The position numbers and the translations under genes are program-made. A stretch of 62,739 bases of DNA, counting the filler, from Asterionella formosa (lineage: Eukaryota), in the NCBI GenBank assembly GCA_002256025.1. It is 5 parts of 5 records of this genome, joined end to end, with 100 filler letters (N's around TTAATTAATTAA, not from the genome) between each part and the next. Parts side by side here need not be neighbours in the genome. Positions count along the whole stretch, not along the records: positions 37,724 to 50,183 come from NKIB01007502.1; 4 more parts are not named here. One strand, written 5' to 3'. A model generated the notes under the pieces. It saw only the letters and a list, made by a program, of their open reading frames with translations. It was not told where the DNA came from and did no database searches. Positions 37,724 to 50,183 of the stretch are shown here, piece by piece. The first letter of the stretch is position 1; each line of letters starts with the position of its first letter.

Positions 37724-38740
37724 TGGTTTCCAAATAATGGAACTGATTCTGAATATGGCTTTTGTGATTGGGATTACATTACTTGCAAGAATGGGATCAA
37801 TATCACTCATTTGAAACCTTCCGAGTCTCAACTTAATGGATCTCTTCTTCCTGAGATCGGACTCTTAACAAGTCTCATGTATTTAGATTTGTCAATGAAT
37901 GCTTTCAATGGCACAATTCCCACAGAGATTGGACTCTTGACAAGTCTCAATTATCTAGATTTGAGTGTCAATACCTTCACTGGTACATTTCCCACAGAGA
38001 TTGGACTCTTGACAAGTCTCACACATCTATCTTTGAGTCGCAATAATTTCACTGGCACACTTGCAACAGAATTTGGACTCTTGACAAGTCTCACACATCT
38101 ATCTTTGAGTCGCAATAATTTCACTGGCACACTTGCAACAGAATTTGGACTCTTGAAAAGTCTCAATTATCTAGATTTGCCTGTCAATACCTTCACTGGT
38201 ACAGTTCCCACAGAGATTGGACTCTTGACAAGTCTCACAACTCTATCTTTGAGTAGCAATAATTTCACTGGCACACTTGCAACAGAATTTGGACTCTTGA
38301 CAAGTCTCACAGCTCTAGATTTGCTCTTCAATATTTTCACTGGCACAATTCCCACAGAGATTGCACTTCTCACAAATCTCACATTTCTAGATTTGTCCTC
38401 CAATACGTTCACTGGCACAATTCCCACAGAGATTGGACTCTTGACAAGTCTAACAACTCTATCTTTGTACTTAAACATTTTCACTGGAACTCTTGCAACA
38501 GAATTTGGGATGTTGAGAAGGCTCAGTATTCTAGAATTGTACTCCAATAATTTCACTGGTACACTTTCCTCGGAGATCGGACGCTTGTCACTTCTTGTGG
38601 TTCTAGATTTATCTTTCAATACCTTCACTGGGACGGTTCCCACAGAGATTGGAAACTTTTCAACTCTCCTTTTTTTAGCTTTAAGGAACAATTCATTCAC
38701 TGGTACAATCCCTGCAGATTTCGATAAATTTACTCCATGA
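37724..38740 (+). CDS. C-terminal part of an LRR receptor-like protein (about 12 LRRs of 24 aa)
   Basis: Open frame of GTIPTEIGLLTSLxxLxLxxNxFT units; first 231 bp identical to 49953-50183. Confidence 0.9.
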   Translation, partial: WFPNNGTDSEYGFCDWDYITCKNGINITHLKPSESQLNGSLLPEIGLLTSLMYLDLSMNAFNGTIPTEIGLLTSLNYLDLSVNTFTGTFPTEIGLLTSLTHLSLSRNNFTGTLATEFGLLTSLTHLSLSRNNFTGTLATEFGLLKSLNYLDLPVNTFTGTVPTEIGLLTSLTTLSLSSNNFTGTLATEFGLLTSLTALDLLFNIFTGTIPTEIALLTNLTFLDLSSNTFTGTIPTEIGLLTSLTTLSLYLNIFTGTLATEFGMLRRLSILELYSNNFTGTLSSEIGRLSLLVVLDLSFNTFTGTVPTEIGNFSTLLFLALRNNSFTGTIPADFDKFTP

Positions 38741-41700
38741 GTGTGGCTAATATGTGTGATGCTCAGAATTTCAACCCCATATAATGCAGCAATATAAGTT
38801 AGGACTCATATTTGGTCTCATTTTGCTAATATAACAGTTAATAAATAATGTACATTAAACATCTATTATTATTTATTTATTAATCAAAATCAAGTATTGA
38901 AAGAATATTGCAGTGCAGTGTGGGCGCGTGGGTGAACGTACCGTGTCATACGGTACAGTGTACTAACTACCCGTTAGAGTGCTTTAGCGATAGTACAGCG
39001 TACCAGCTTGGACAGCGAATGCGCTAGAATGGCATAGGTATATACATCTTTAAGATTATGTTTTCAACCTTTATCTTTCTTTCCTTTTGCATGTTTTCAA
39101 TCTTTATCTTTCTTTCCTTTTGCACCATGTAAGTTGTTCTGCCGACCACGCTAGCGTATTTATTCGGTATGTAGCACTTGTTGTTTTGGATAAGATTCGG
39201 ATGCCAGGGCAATAGCATCGCACAAGTTTTTGTAAAGAACTATATATGGTTCAATAAATACTTTCTCTCCTCTTATGTGCAATATTTTTTCTCAAGTAAT
39301 TTGTTTTTCATAAAATATTTTTTAAGCCTATATGCAGGCCAACTATCAACTAAAATTCATTGGGATCAATTATATTGGGTGCGCTTGGAAAATTAAAAAA
39401 TGATATATCATTTGTATGGTAACACAGTTATTGTACTCATAGCCCCACAATTTTTGTTTGTGTCGACAAAATTTAGAACCTTTGGTTTACACCTTGGATG
39501 TGTAAACCGGAGTTACTAAATTTTGTCAACACGAACACAAAATTTTTAAATGTTAGAAATAACAGCGCAAAATATAGAAATATGTTAGTCCATGTTTGAT
39601 TTGTGAACAAAATTCTTTAATCAAATTAGTATTATGTTTCATGCCATGGAACTTTGCCATTCTTAATCCAATTTGAGATACAATCTCTCTTTGAGGACCA
39701 TCCATTCTTGTCTTTGTAACAGACATGAACCTGTTAATTCTTTCTTTCAAAGTTATCATAAAAGTTTATAAGAATAGCCCACTGCTTTTCATTGAAAAAA
39801 AATGGTTCAAACATTTTGAGCTCGCCGTAGAAAATGACGTCTCTTTTTGTTGCATTGGGGAAACTATGGAATTAACATTTGAATTTTTTTCCTGCAGAAT
39901 TGTAAACCTTTTTGACATTATAAGATCTCGAAGGAAGCAGACATGTGCTCTCAACCTATTCAATGGGTTGCTTCAATTTCTTCCTCGATGTAACTATGTC
40001 TTCTAGTGTAAACCCAAATAGACTATATTCTTGTCTGTCATTGTGAATGTTCTTGTTGTGTTCCATATCAACGAAACGAATTTCCGCCATTGTTCCTTGA
40101 TGAAAGATGAAAGACACCAATCAGAGGGGGTCTGTAAATAAAAAACCGTTAGGCCTAACAGTTTTGCTGTAAGACCCACTGCCCCAAAAATTCTCAGTAT
40201 GACATACCATTTTTTGATTGATCATACAAAAAAACCGATTGATCATACAGAAATACTGATTGATCATGCAAAGAAACTGATTGATTGATTAATATTGTAT
40301 CATTGATCTTACGTATGCTTAGAATAGATCATATGCATATCATGTAATATCTAATCGATTGATTAGACTGCATTTGTAACATTAACAACGAAGCACGACA
40401 TTTAGTATACACTCATCATATATATATCAATGCATTTCAAATCGATAGATCATAAGATATGCTTATGATCAATACAGCACTCTTACCCTAATTATCAACT
40501 AACGTTTTGGTGTTCGATCTAAAGATAGTATTCGTGAGATCAAATCAGTTATTCATTCGGTATAACCTTTGGAATGCTAATATCGAATAGAATTTTTAGC
40601 TTTTGATCTAATGTTCATTACTCCTGATCTAACTAATTTCTCTCATTGATCAAACCTATTATCATGTTCGATCAATGATGAACACAAATCGAATTAAATT
40701 GATTGCTATTTAATACTCAAATATTCTACTTCTGGTCCCATAATATACTTTCCACTGTGCATCCTCTATCATAATGAGCACACAGTGGTCTTCAATACCT
40801 TATTTTCACTTCCGGTATGGTAGCTATGTTGAGATCATTGCCCTTTTTCAAAATGAAATGAGAGAGTAAACGAAATTGATAATGTTTTATTCGAACCTCT
40901 ACCATTGCGAATGGCAGCAAGTCACATTCTCCAATGTTCTTGTACGACTCTCCTGTAAGAGAAAATAACAACAATGTTAGCAAAAATGGTGCATCAAGTA
41001 AGCAGGGCATCTAAACGTAGATATGCGCAACAAAACAATCACATGGACAATCCATCACTCCAAGTTCCGTATGAGCACCAGGCAATGTGCATATTACCTA
41101 CCTGTGCTCTCATGGTTGATTGTTGCTTCCATTAAGAATGGTAGCAAGCCACATTCTCCAAGGTTCCTGTATAATTTTGAGGAAATAATATCAATGTCAG
41201 CAAAATTGTTGCAACAATTAAAGCATCTCCAGCCAAAAGGAAACCGGAATTGGGCCCTGATATGTAATGACATAAACAATCTATATAGCTTCACGTTCCA
41301 ATCGACATAACAAGCAAACATGAAATGAGAGTATGGCAACTTACCTATGCTCTCACTGTTGATTGATGATTGATGGGTGACAGGTAGCGTTGTTAACCCT
41401 CACATCTGCATATATGGAAGGGAAAGATGTTATTAATGTCAAAATCCTAATTAATTGACACAGACACTACAAACCCTCTGCAGCATGCATTGTGCACAAA
41501 GATATTTAGTGCGGTTTCTTACCTCGTAATTAGGTTGATTTTTATCGTTCGTCCTGAGGAAGTATAGAAACTTTGAGTGGCAGGCAGCAGTGCACACGAA
41601 CAGCGATACAATTTTTTAGTTGGCTTCCGGTCTCACATGGTACTACCGACCATAAGCCCCTTGGTAGCCACAGTTGAGAAGCAAAACAATCATATAACTA

Positions 41701-42636
41701 ACCTCTTCCCACCGGTTGGATTGATACCGGTAGAAGGCTCTCGATCACCATTCCCTCATCAGTTTGTTATGTGGAATAGAAGGCATTAAAAGATTCAGAT
41801 TCTGACAATGATGATATTTTGTCAGAACTGTCCTCTCCTGGTAACAACAAGAAGGTGGCGCCTATTTATCCACCCATTCAAAGAAGGAGTGACGATTCAC
41901 TAGTCACTGATAAACCAAAGACAAATATTGTGGAGTTTCATCTCGATAATGGGGACAATCTCAAACATATATCACAGTTCCGCCTTAGTCGTGAAAGAGT
42001 GATTGATCAGAAGCATCATTATCCGTTGTTGTTTTATGTTCAACAACGTCATAATAAGATTGCTCAATTGGAACGCAAAATTTCCCTGAATAACTCTTCT
42101 ATCAGTGGATACAAAGATTCCAGCCTTGCCACTACTGTTTATACAAGACAAAGGGATATAGTTTCATCGATAACTTCCTCTCATGCAACCGAAGTAGTTG
42201 GTGAAATATTTCATACTAGAAAATTTTGTCATACCCAGGTTAGTTCATGTATATATTTAAATCTCCTCAAATCACCTTTTTTTGATATCGTTACCAACCA
42301 TTTTTACTTTCATTGTCCTTACAGTCTTACCAACATCCTGCTGAAACATATTTGCCAAGTAGTATTGTAATATCAAGTCCAACTAGTCCATGGTATGCAA
42401 GATTGAGCATTTCGTTCTTGTTGAAACGTCATCCCGAAATCGCTCTTGCCGTTAAGGATGATTCTAAATTGGCGGATTGCATCTGGAATGGTGTTGAAGA
42501 ATTTTCTCATAGAGGAACCGATTTCCTATCTGTAAAAAGTGCTAAGGAAAGAAAAGAGTACTTTGACCATACATTTGGAGGAATGTGCATTAAACCTATT
42601 TATTACTTCCAATTGACATTGAACCATTTCATTCAT

Positions 42637-44092
42637 TCAGTTTTGAGTAAGTTTATTTTGATTCCTCCTTATTGTGTGTTTCTCCCAGTTCACTTCGACC
42701 CAGTCAAGCCATTCACGACCAGAGATTTCTTTATTTGAATCATCATTCCATTTCGGAAGGCATCTGAAAATAGTAGTTTGGCCGGGAACTTTCTTTTCAA
42801 TTTCAACATGATAATAAAATTCAATCCTTACAATGGAAACAGGCCCAACCCCATCTTCAAGAATTTTTATTCTTGCTATTTCTATTGCTGAATTCGCAAT
42901 GCTCTTTACATAATAGTTAATAGGCATAATCCAGAGATTTCTTGGCCTGACATTTTTGACAAAGCTTTTATCCCAGATCTGTATGACAATTTTGAATTAT
43001 CATGATCGCTTTACCTTTCCAAATGACTACTGATATATCTAGCACTTTGTTCGAAGTATAGTTTCGAAAATACATTTCTGGTGCTGGTACAAGTGTTGGG
43101 TCTTGATTTTTGCCAGTATAGATATTTTTGATAACTGGTGCATGTGTCCTTTTTGGTCTTTGCCCGTTTCTTCGGTTGCTCTTGATCAAGAAAAGCAGAG
43201 TCTGTTGTTTCAGTGTTACGTATATGATTTGAGATGTTTTCTGGAATATCTGGAGATTTTCTTTCTTTAAAAAAACATGTCCATTCTTCAGGGATAGTCC
43301 GAGAATTGTACAAAGATTCCAAAATGTACTTAATTATTCCAAGTAGTAAATGATGAAGAACCTCAAATCGAGTTGCACCAAATAATCCTTCTAAGTCACT
43401 TCCAAAAATATAGTAATGATTTATTAGTTCTGGCTTAATAGGATTATGCGATATAACACGGCACCACTTGTGTGCTGTTGAGTATTTGCCATTAAATTGG
43501 GAGACACAATACTCAGGTCGGATACATGGCAATTTTACATTGGGATATGCAATTTTTTCAAGAAACTTGTTTAAAAACATTTTAAACATCTGACACTGTA
43601 CAACGTTCACGTCCAATATCAACATTATTAGCATCTTCAGTTGAAACCAGGAAATCACGACAAACATATTGTCGATATAATCCATTACCAATGATCATTC
43701 CAATATGGAAAAAAACTTTTGTAATACCAAGACCATGAATCCAAATATTGTATGACTTGTTTGGATCGCTCTTTGAAATGCGACAATAGAAATCCTGTAA
43801 CAGAATGGTATAATTTGAGGCTACATAAGGAGGACAAGTCATCACCAGATAACTTATTATTCATTTGTTTCTCCAGATCACTGACTTCCATGTCTGGCAA
43901 CAGAGAAAACAATTGCCATCCATCAACTTTTTTCCTTCCTTTCAACATTAAGTTTAACATTGCTAGCAAAAACGGATGCTTGGAATGTTTCATTTCTTTA
44001 TCAAAAGGTGAACCATCAATGAAAACTGCCAGGGCAACTAATAAACACCCTGTCTCCAACACTCCATTTTTTGATGCAGGAGAATTGTTGAT
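42637..44092 (-). pseudogene. Plavaka/EnSpm-related transposase catalytic region
   Basis: ALAVFIDGS...HPFLLAMLNL..RKK..WQLFSLLPD; LYHSV..LL; GMIIG; FGATRFEVLHHLLLGIIKY; frameshifted. Confidence 0.7.
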
Positions 44093-45294
44093 TGGGAAAC
44101 GAGAAGTATGAGTGTGGGTAAATGATATTTGTGGTGGGAGTAGCAATTCCGCTAGGATTTCTTCCATATTCAGATCGATTCTTTTGTGAAAGTCCAGTGT
44201 AGATTTCCTTATAATAAACGAGTAAATCAATATCATCAGTCCATTGATCAGTGAGACCATTTGAAACTGAACTTTCTTCCCTCACACTTTTTTAATAAGT
44301 GGTTTCCCACCTATGTCGACAAATCGGTAGAATGACGAATTTCGTTCTCTGAAATTTCATGTGTATCTGGATTGAAGCCCAAATATTTTTGTTGCAATCG
44401 AAATTTTCCTTTCAGCACCAGCCAAGAAGCAAAAGGCTTTTGTACTGGCATTGATCAGCGAACCAACAAAACGTGTTTGCAATTCACACTGTGCCCGAAG
44501 ACTGAGTTTGAAGTTTGGCTTGGTCACACCAGATTTGTCTCCTGTTATAAATGGTTCTCCACGGCTTGTCCTGCCTATAAAATACACCGAAGCAATAACC
44601 TCACGCCAGACTTGCTTTGTATCCATGGCTTCCCCGAGAAAGGCAAATATTGGGCAAACCAATCCTGTTTGTGATTGGAAATGCCTCTAATACTACTTGG
44701 ACCAGATAGGGCGGGAAGTTTGATTCTCTATTGGGAACAGAAACAAGCACATTAGATTGATATCTTTTTACAGTACCTGCAATTCATGATCAAACTTACA
44801 TGTTCACAGCAAACCTTCTTGGTCTTGAAAATAAAACTCACAACCTTTATGACAATCGATGGTTTGGTTCAATTTTTGCTAAGCAGGAACGACGTTCTGA
44901 TAAGGCTGCTGAAATTGAAGAGTCTTGATAACCTCGTTTGGATGAGTGGGTTGCTTTGCATAATCGCCTATTCGCTTTTTCTTTGTTAACTCATTTTGGA
45001 ACTTGCTTCTTTGTTCCATACCGGCAGTATTTGCCACATGTCGCTTGTTTCTATGAACCTTTTTATGGATTCTTGAAGACATTGTACTAGTAATAGATAA
45101 CTGTTATTGTTGTCTTACTTAAAGTTCAATGATCTTACATTCAGGTGTTGCTGGTTACAATGAAATGAATCATCAGCCACTACAAATAATATTTTACGCT
45201 GTCTAGATATGATGATACCAAAAGACCAACAGTGCTATTTGCATTATCATATACAAAATCAGGACTAATTTTGAGTAAAAGCTTATCTTGTTTT

Positions 45295-45640
45295 TAATCA
45301 TACGATTATACAATCCTAAAACTATGATGATTCACTGTCCCATGGTAGTAGCTACAATCCCGAACATATGGTCGTGTTTTGTCACTTGCTTACTACTCCG
45401 ACTACCCCTTTTCAGTTTTACAATCATACGATCCTGAAACTTTGATAATTTACTGTCCCGCTGCAGTAGCAGCAGTCATGAACATATGGTGCTCTGTTGC
45501 TTGCTTACTACTCCGACTATCCTTTTTCAATTTTATGATCATACGATTCTGAAACTATAATGATTTAGTGTCCCACTGCAGTAGCAACAGTCATGAACAT
45601 ATGGTGTTTTGTTTCTTGCTTACTACTCCGACTACCCCCC
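45295..45640. repeat. ~117-bp tandem repeat, 3 copies
   Basis: atcatacga..ctgaaact..tgtccc..gtagc..gaacatatggt..ttgcttactactccgacta repeated. Confidence 0.85.
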
Positions 45641-47286
45641 GTATATCACTTCCTATCTGCTACTGGTAGCTACTCTGTGTATATATATGATAAAAATTTA
45701 TTGTCATATGATGTACCGGTACACATGGAGAACTCCCTCCCGAAAAAGGGGCTTAAACAATTTGATACCAAAACCCTGGCGGTTATGACTTACACCAATT
45801 GACCAAATAATTAGTTTCAACGGACGTAGAAAATATCGATGCAAACAAATTTCAGAAACAATACTGGTATACGTAATTGTGGAAAACAATGGACATATAG
45901 GGCATTGAATATTTTCGAAATATGTATATGCGAAGATGATCATCTCAACAATATCAGATGTTCCATATCGAGAGCGCCTTTGAATTCTATAAATGTATAA
46001 CACTTGATATATATATATAATTATATATTTACAAATTTTATTACTATATCCATGGCATATATATTTTTGAAATCGTTCTGTCATGTTAACAAACAATGCC
46101 TGCTCCATGAATAGATACATCGTAGTAAAGCACATGACAAGAAAAGAAAGTTTACGCAATACATAATAAAAAAAATATTGCGGAATCCACACACTGCGCA
46201 TTCGAAAGATGGAGAATGTTTAAGGTAATGGAGCCATCAATGTGGTAGCTACTTGGATGACAATCGTTGGGAGGCAGGACAACAACAAATTGTTAACTAA
46301 ACGCAGCCATATTTCCTTTTTTCTCAGTTGATTCAGCAGCTCGTTTCGCTTGTTGGGGAGCACCAATGTAAAACAAAACAAAATTGCGTAAATGCTCTTG
46401 TCGCTCGTTGGACCTATTCACTTCTGTTGGAACAAAACTGACAAAACGTTTACCTTCTCTCAAAGTTAAGCTGACAAAAATGAACCGGTAAGTTTTTTTC
46501 GATAACAAATACAGACTTATGCATCCGTTTACTGACAAGTTACTATAACAGACTTATGCATCCGTTGCATTGATTTGTGGTAAGTGAAGCAAGAGGATAT
46601 GATGGAGTTGTGTTTTGTTATGTCAATGTGACATGACTAGCTAACAAATCATTCCTTCTCATTGTTACTGTAACTGCATGCATAGAACAATAAACTAATC
46701 AAACAACGGAATAGTTGTCGAGTTCAGAGTGACACTAACAGCAGGAAAAGAGATGCAACATTAGTTGTCACTACCTCACACCTTAATCAGAATAATATAC
46801 ATTGAGCCAAATAGAGAGAGACAATTCGGGTTGCTGGCCTGTAAAATCATAGATGCCAAGGCTAATTTTGATAGTTAAAGTACAATCCATTTCAATCTAT
46901 TTTGAACAATGCTTGTGATGACCTAAATGATCATGTTTAAGATATATATACGATAAAAAAACTCACATGATAGCATAGAGTTTAGCTGATTTTAGGATAC
47001 ATTGTAGTTATAATTTACATCAGTTGATCACGAGAAGTGAAAATAATATGAGAAGGTTTATGATATTGATGGGAAAAGTTGTTTATTAATTTATATACAT
47101 TGTGTGATGATAATGTTCTTATTATCAACATACTTCAAAGTCGGTAAAATATTACTAAATCATCATAGTAACAAGATACCTTGATCATAGTTTTGATCCA
47201 AAAATTATTATATATACGAAAATCCTGTACCACTTAGCATACGATACCCTTGATCCTATATGCATGATACTTTTTATTTGCAGACA

Positions 47287-47660
47287 ATCCCGATGCACCT
47301 CACCGATTCAAGCCAATTAGGAACCGGAGCTGGACACATTGGCGGAGCTAAGATTAGAAGGCGTCTGCTATTATCAAGAGATTGTTGGATTCTTATGGTG
47401 GGTAATAGAACTTAGTGGAATTGATATTGCAAAAGAAGTGTCAATGCTGTCTTCTCACCTTGCGTTACCTCGAGAGGGACTTCTTCAAAAGATTTATCAT
47501 ATCTTCGGATTCTTGAAAGCAAGACCTAAGCAAATGTTGGTATTTGACCCCTAGCACCCTGATATTAATGAATCAAGATTTGTGAAGTGTGATTGGCATG
47601 ATTTTTATCGAGGGGCAAAAGAGCCAATTCCAGGGGACATGCCAACACTGCTGACCATGC
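47287..47660 (+). mobile_element. Ty1/copia (CoDiI-like) RT/RNase H junction fragment
   Basis: YYQEIVGFL.W.IEL..IDIAKEVSMLSSHLALPREG..HIFGFLK..VFDP..CDWHDFYRGAKEPIPGDMP. Confidence 0.8.
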
Positions 47661-48704
47661 AGATAGCTGTGTACCCTTTAACCTCATGAGTTAACTTCTG
47701 CAGAGAAATGGCAGTTATCTCCCGTAGATTTTTTATTAGGTTTGTAGCCCAATTTTTGGGATCATTACGATTCCTAAGCAGGGGATAACTGCCATTTCTC
47801 TCCAGAAATGAGGTTCTTATCATATCTGTAGTATATAGATCATACTACCCCTGAGTCAAACAATAACTGTATCTAAGCATATGCAAAGTGGTCGTTTTGG
47901 AGAAACCTATTTTTTCCTTTTACTATTTGATTCAATCATACATATTGTCTTGATTGAGGTAGTACTAGGGGCTGTTAACCGGAGAATTACTGGAGCTTGC
48001 ACTTCATGATTGGCCAAGCTGCTAAGTTTTGGTCAACTTAACATGAACAGAGGGAGTATCATTTTTTACTGCACATTTCAAGTATAGCACATGGAGCACT
48101 TCTTGTTATGGATGAGATTCAGATGCCAGGGCAGTAGCATTGCACAAGTTGTTGTAAAGAACTATATATGGCTAAATAAATACTGTGATGATGTCATCAT
48201 CTTCTTCTGGAAAAAAGACCAGCAAGAGAGGGTGTTGTCTCTTCCTCCTCAACGCTGCGAAAATGTAGCTGTCTCAAGAAAAAATAAGAATTGCAATCCC
48301 AAGATAAGCAGGAGAAAAAAGATGATGCTGACGAAGATGCCAATGATAATGACAGCAGGACTGAAGCCTCTGTGACTCTCTCATTGGTGTCTCTCAGCTT
48401 TCATTAAGGAACAATGGAATAAATTTGTACAAGAGGTGGCATTACATACCAGAAGATGTGTTGATATGAAAATGTACTGATAAAAATTTATATTTACTCT
48501 CAGAAAAGTAATTCAAAATAATTCAAGTATCAGAGCGCAACGGCAATATTATGGATTCTATCTGCAAAAATTAGTTGTGATGTATTCATTCTGTCAAAAA
48601 AAATATTTTTGAATTACGAAGGGTACCCATTTATAGCAGCATGAAATGCTCTGCAGACATTTGAAAAACGAATATCATCGAGGACCCTAACCCCAAATCC
48701 TGAG

Positions 48705-48870
48705 AATAGTACGTAAGTCATGACGAATCAAGTTATGAGATAGATTCGTATGTAGTTAGTCATGAAGAATCAAGTCAAGATGAGAAGAGTACGTAGTAAG
48801 TCATGAAGAATCAAGTCAAGATGAGAAGAGTACATAGGAAGTCATGAAGAATCAAGTCATGAGAATACAG
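48705..48870. repeat. ~39-bp tandem repeat (about 4 copies) upstream of the LRR gene
   Basis: agtacgtagtaagtcatgaagaatcaagtcaagatgaga. Confidence 0.85.
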
Positions 48871-49088
48871 AAGTACCGGTAGGATCTTTACGCTCTCCTT
48901 TCTAAGTTTCGGTATTATGGTATATGTATAAAGAAAAACTCTTTTTATCTTCTTTGTTTCTAAGCACGATTTTAGGAGGCCATATGTATTCCGGCAACAG
49001 TAAATCCGCAGAACATTGTTAATTCTGTTTTCTGTTATCTTATCTCTGTTATCTCATCGTCCTTGAAATCGTTCACAATAAGAACAGC

Positions 49089-50183
49089 ATGTCGTCAACT
49101 AACATTCATAACAAGAAGAATGATGATGCTCTCCTCTATGCTCATCAGTTTTTAGAAGAGGCGAAAGAAGAAGAGATGGAAGCCACTGCATTGGAGGATT
49201 CGTCAGCAATGCCTCCTCAAAATGCTGAGTATGTTGGATCCGGCAAAGAAGTCCCGTTTGTAGACGAGGCGAAAGTGAAATACCGAGACCAAAAGAAGAA
49301 AGCCGCATTCGTGTCTCCTGAAGATGACATGGATTTGTCTGATGCCTTTGTTCCACCACTCTCATCCACAGCAGCTTCACCTCGAGGTGCTATGGCAGCA
49401 CCATCACATACACCAGGTACTCCTGGCGCATTTCTAGTAAGAGGACAAGATTTCATTCCCCAGCAAGACTCCCTCATTCTGGAAGATCATGGCCAGCTGG
49501 AACATGAAACACTATTCAAAGCTGTTCTTGTCGATGATACAAAAATTGACAGTGCCTTTGTTGTTGACCTTCAAGCAGAAAGAAAAGCCCAGAATCGACG
49601 TCAAGGGAGAAATACCTTGATGTTCATTTTGGCGATTGGCATCTTAGCTGCTGTCATTGCTATTCCCATTCAGCTCACAAGACCAAAACCATCAACAAGC
49701 CCAACATTGGCTCCATCAGATAATCCATCAGCAAGTCCTTCTCAAAGTGCGATCGGGTTCTTGGCTGGACAATCATTGGATAATGAAGCAGCACTTTCAA
49801 CTCCTGGCTCCTCACAAGAAAGGGCACTGACATGGTTGAAGCAATCAACACTAAATAATAGTCCCAGAGACTATACTTTTTTGCAATTCTATGCCTTGGC
49901 AGTGTTTAATTATGCAACTGGTGATCTTTTAAGACACACAAGTAGTAAATCTTGGTTTCCAAATAATGGAACTGATTCTGAATATGGCTTTTGTGATTGG
50001 GATTACATTACTTGCAAGAATGGGATCAATATCACTCATTTGAAACCTTCCGAGTCTCAACTTAATGGATCTCTTCTTCCTGAGATCGGACTCTTAACAA
50101 GTCTCATGTATTTAGATTTGTCAATGAATGCTTTCAATGGCACAATTCCCACAGAGATTGGACTCTTGACAAGTCTCAATTAT
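49089..50183 (+). CDS. N-terminal part of a type II membrane LRR receptor-like protein
   Basis: Acidic N-terminus with TPGAF; TM segment LMFILAIGILAAVIAIPI; P/S/T stalk; QERALTWL..YALAVFNY..CDWDYITC cap; LRRs cut by the contig end. Confidence 0.9.

Larger units (their letters stand above)
40129..47286. mobile_element. 7.2-kb TIR element of the GTCTGC family with a Plavaka-like transposase
   Basis: GTCTGTAAATAAAAA at 40130 and TTTTTATTTGCAGACA ending at 47286; GATCA-rich subterminal zones; no matching TSD. Confidence 0.65.
39377..48628. mobile_element. Possible second, older PHIS-type element enclosing nested insertions
   Basis: ATT|GGGTGCGCTTGG...TATATCATTTGTATGGTAACACA..TTGTACTCATA resembles the left end at 680; TCAGAGCGCAA...GGGTACCC|ATT resembles the right end at 3481-3577 with the same spacing. 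Confidence 0.45.

Noticed and set aside
38167..38700. Long antisense ORFs over the LRR, PTPWP and mucin genes
   Set aside because: Shadows of repetitive codon usage on the coding strand
41552..41580. Hammerhead-like CTGAGGA...GAAAC
   Set aside because: No stem II pairing, and the cleavage triplet would be GUG
45295..45640. CRISPR-like arrays (also 48705-48870 and 5140-5281)
   Set aside because: Whole units repeat with no unique spacers; eukaryotic context; no cas genes
48650..48660. CTGCAGACA as another family terminus
   Set aside because: Lacks the preceding T-rich TIR and the subterminal zone
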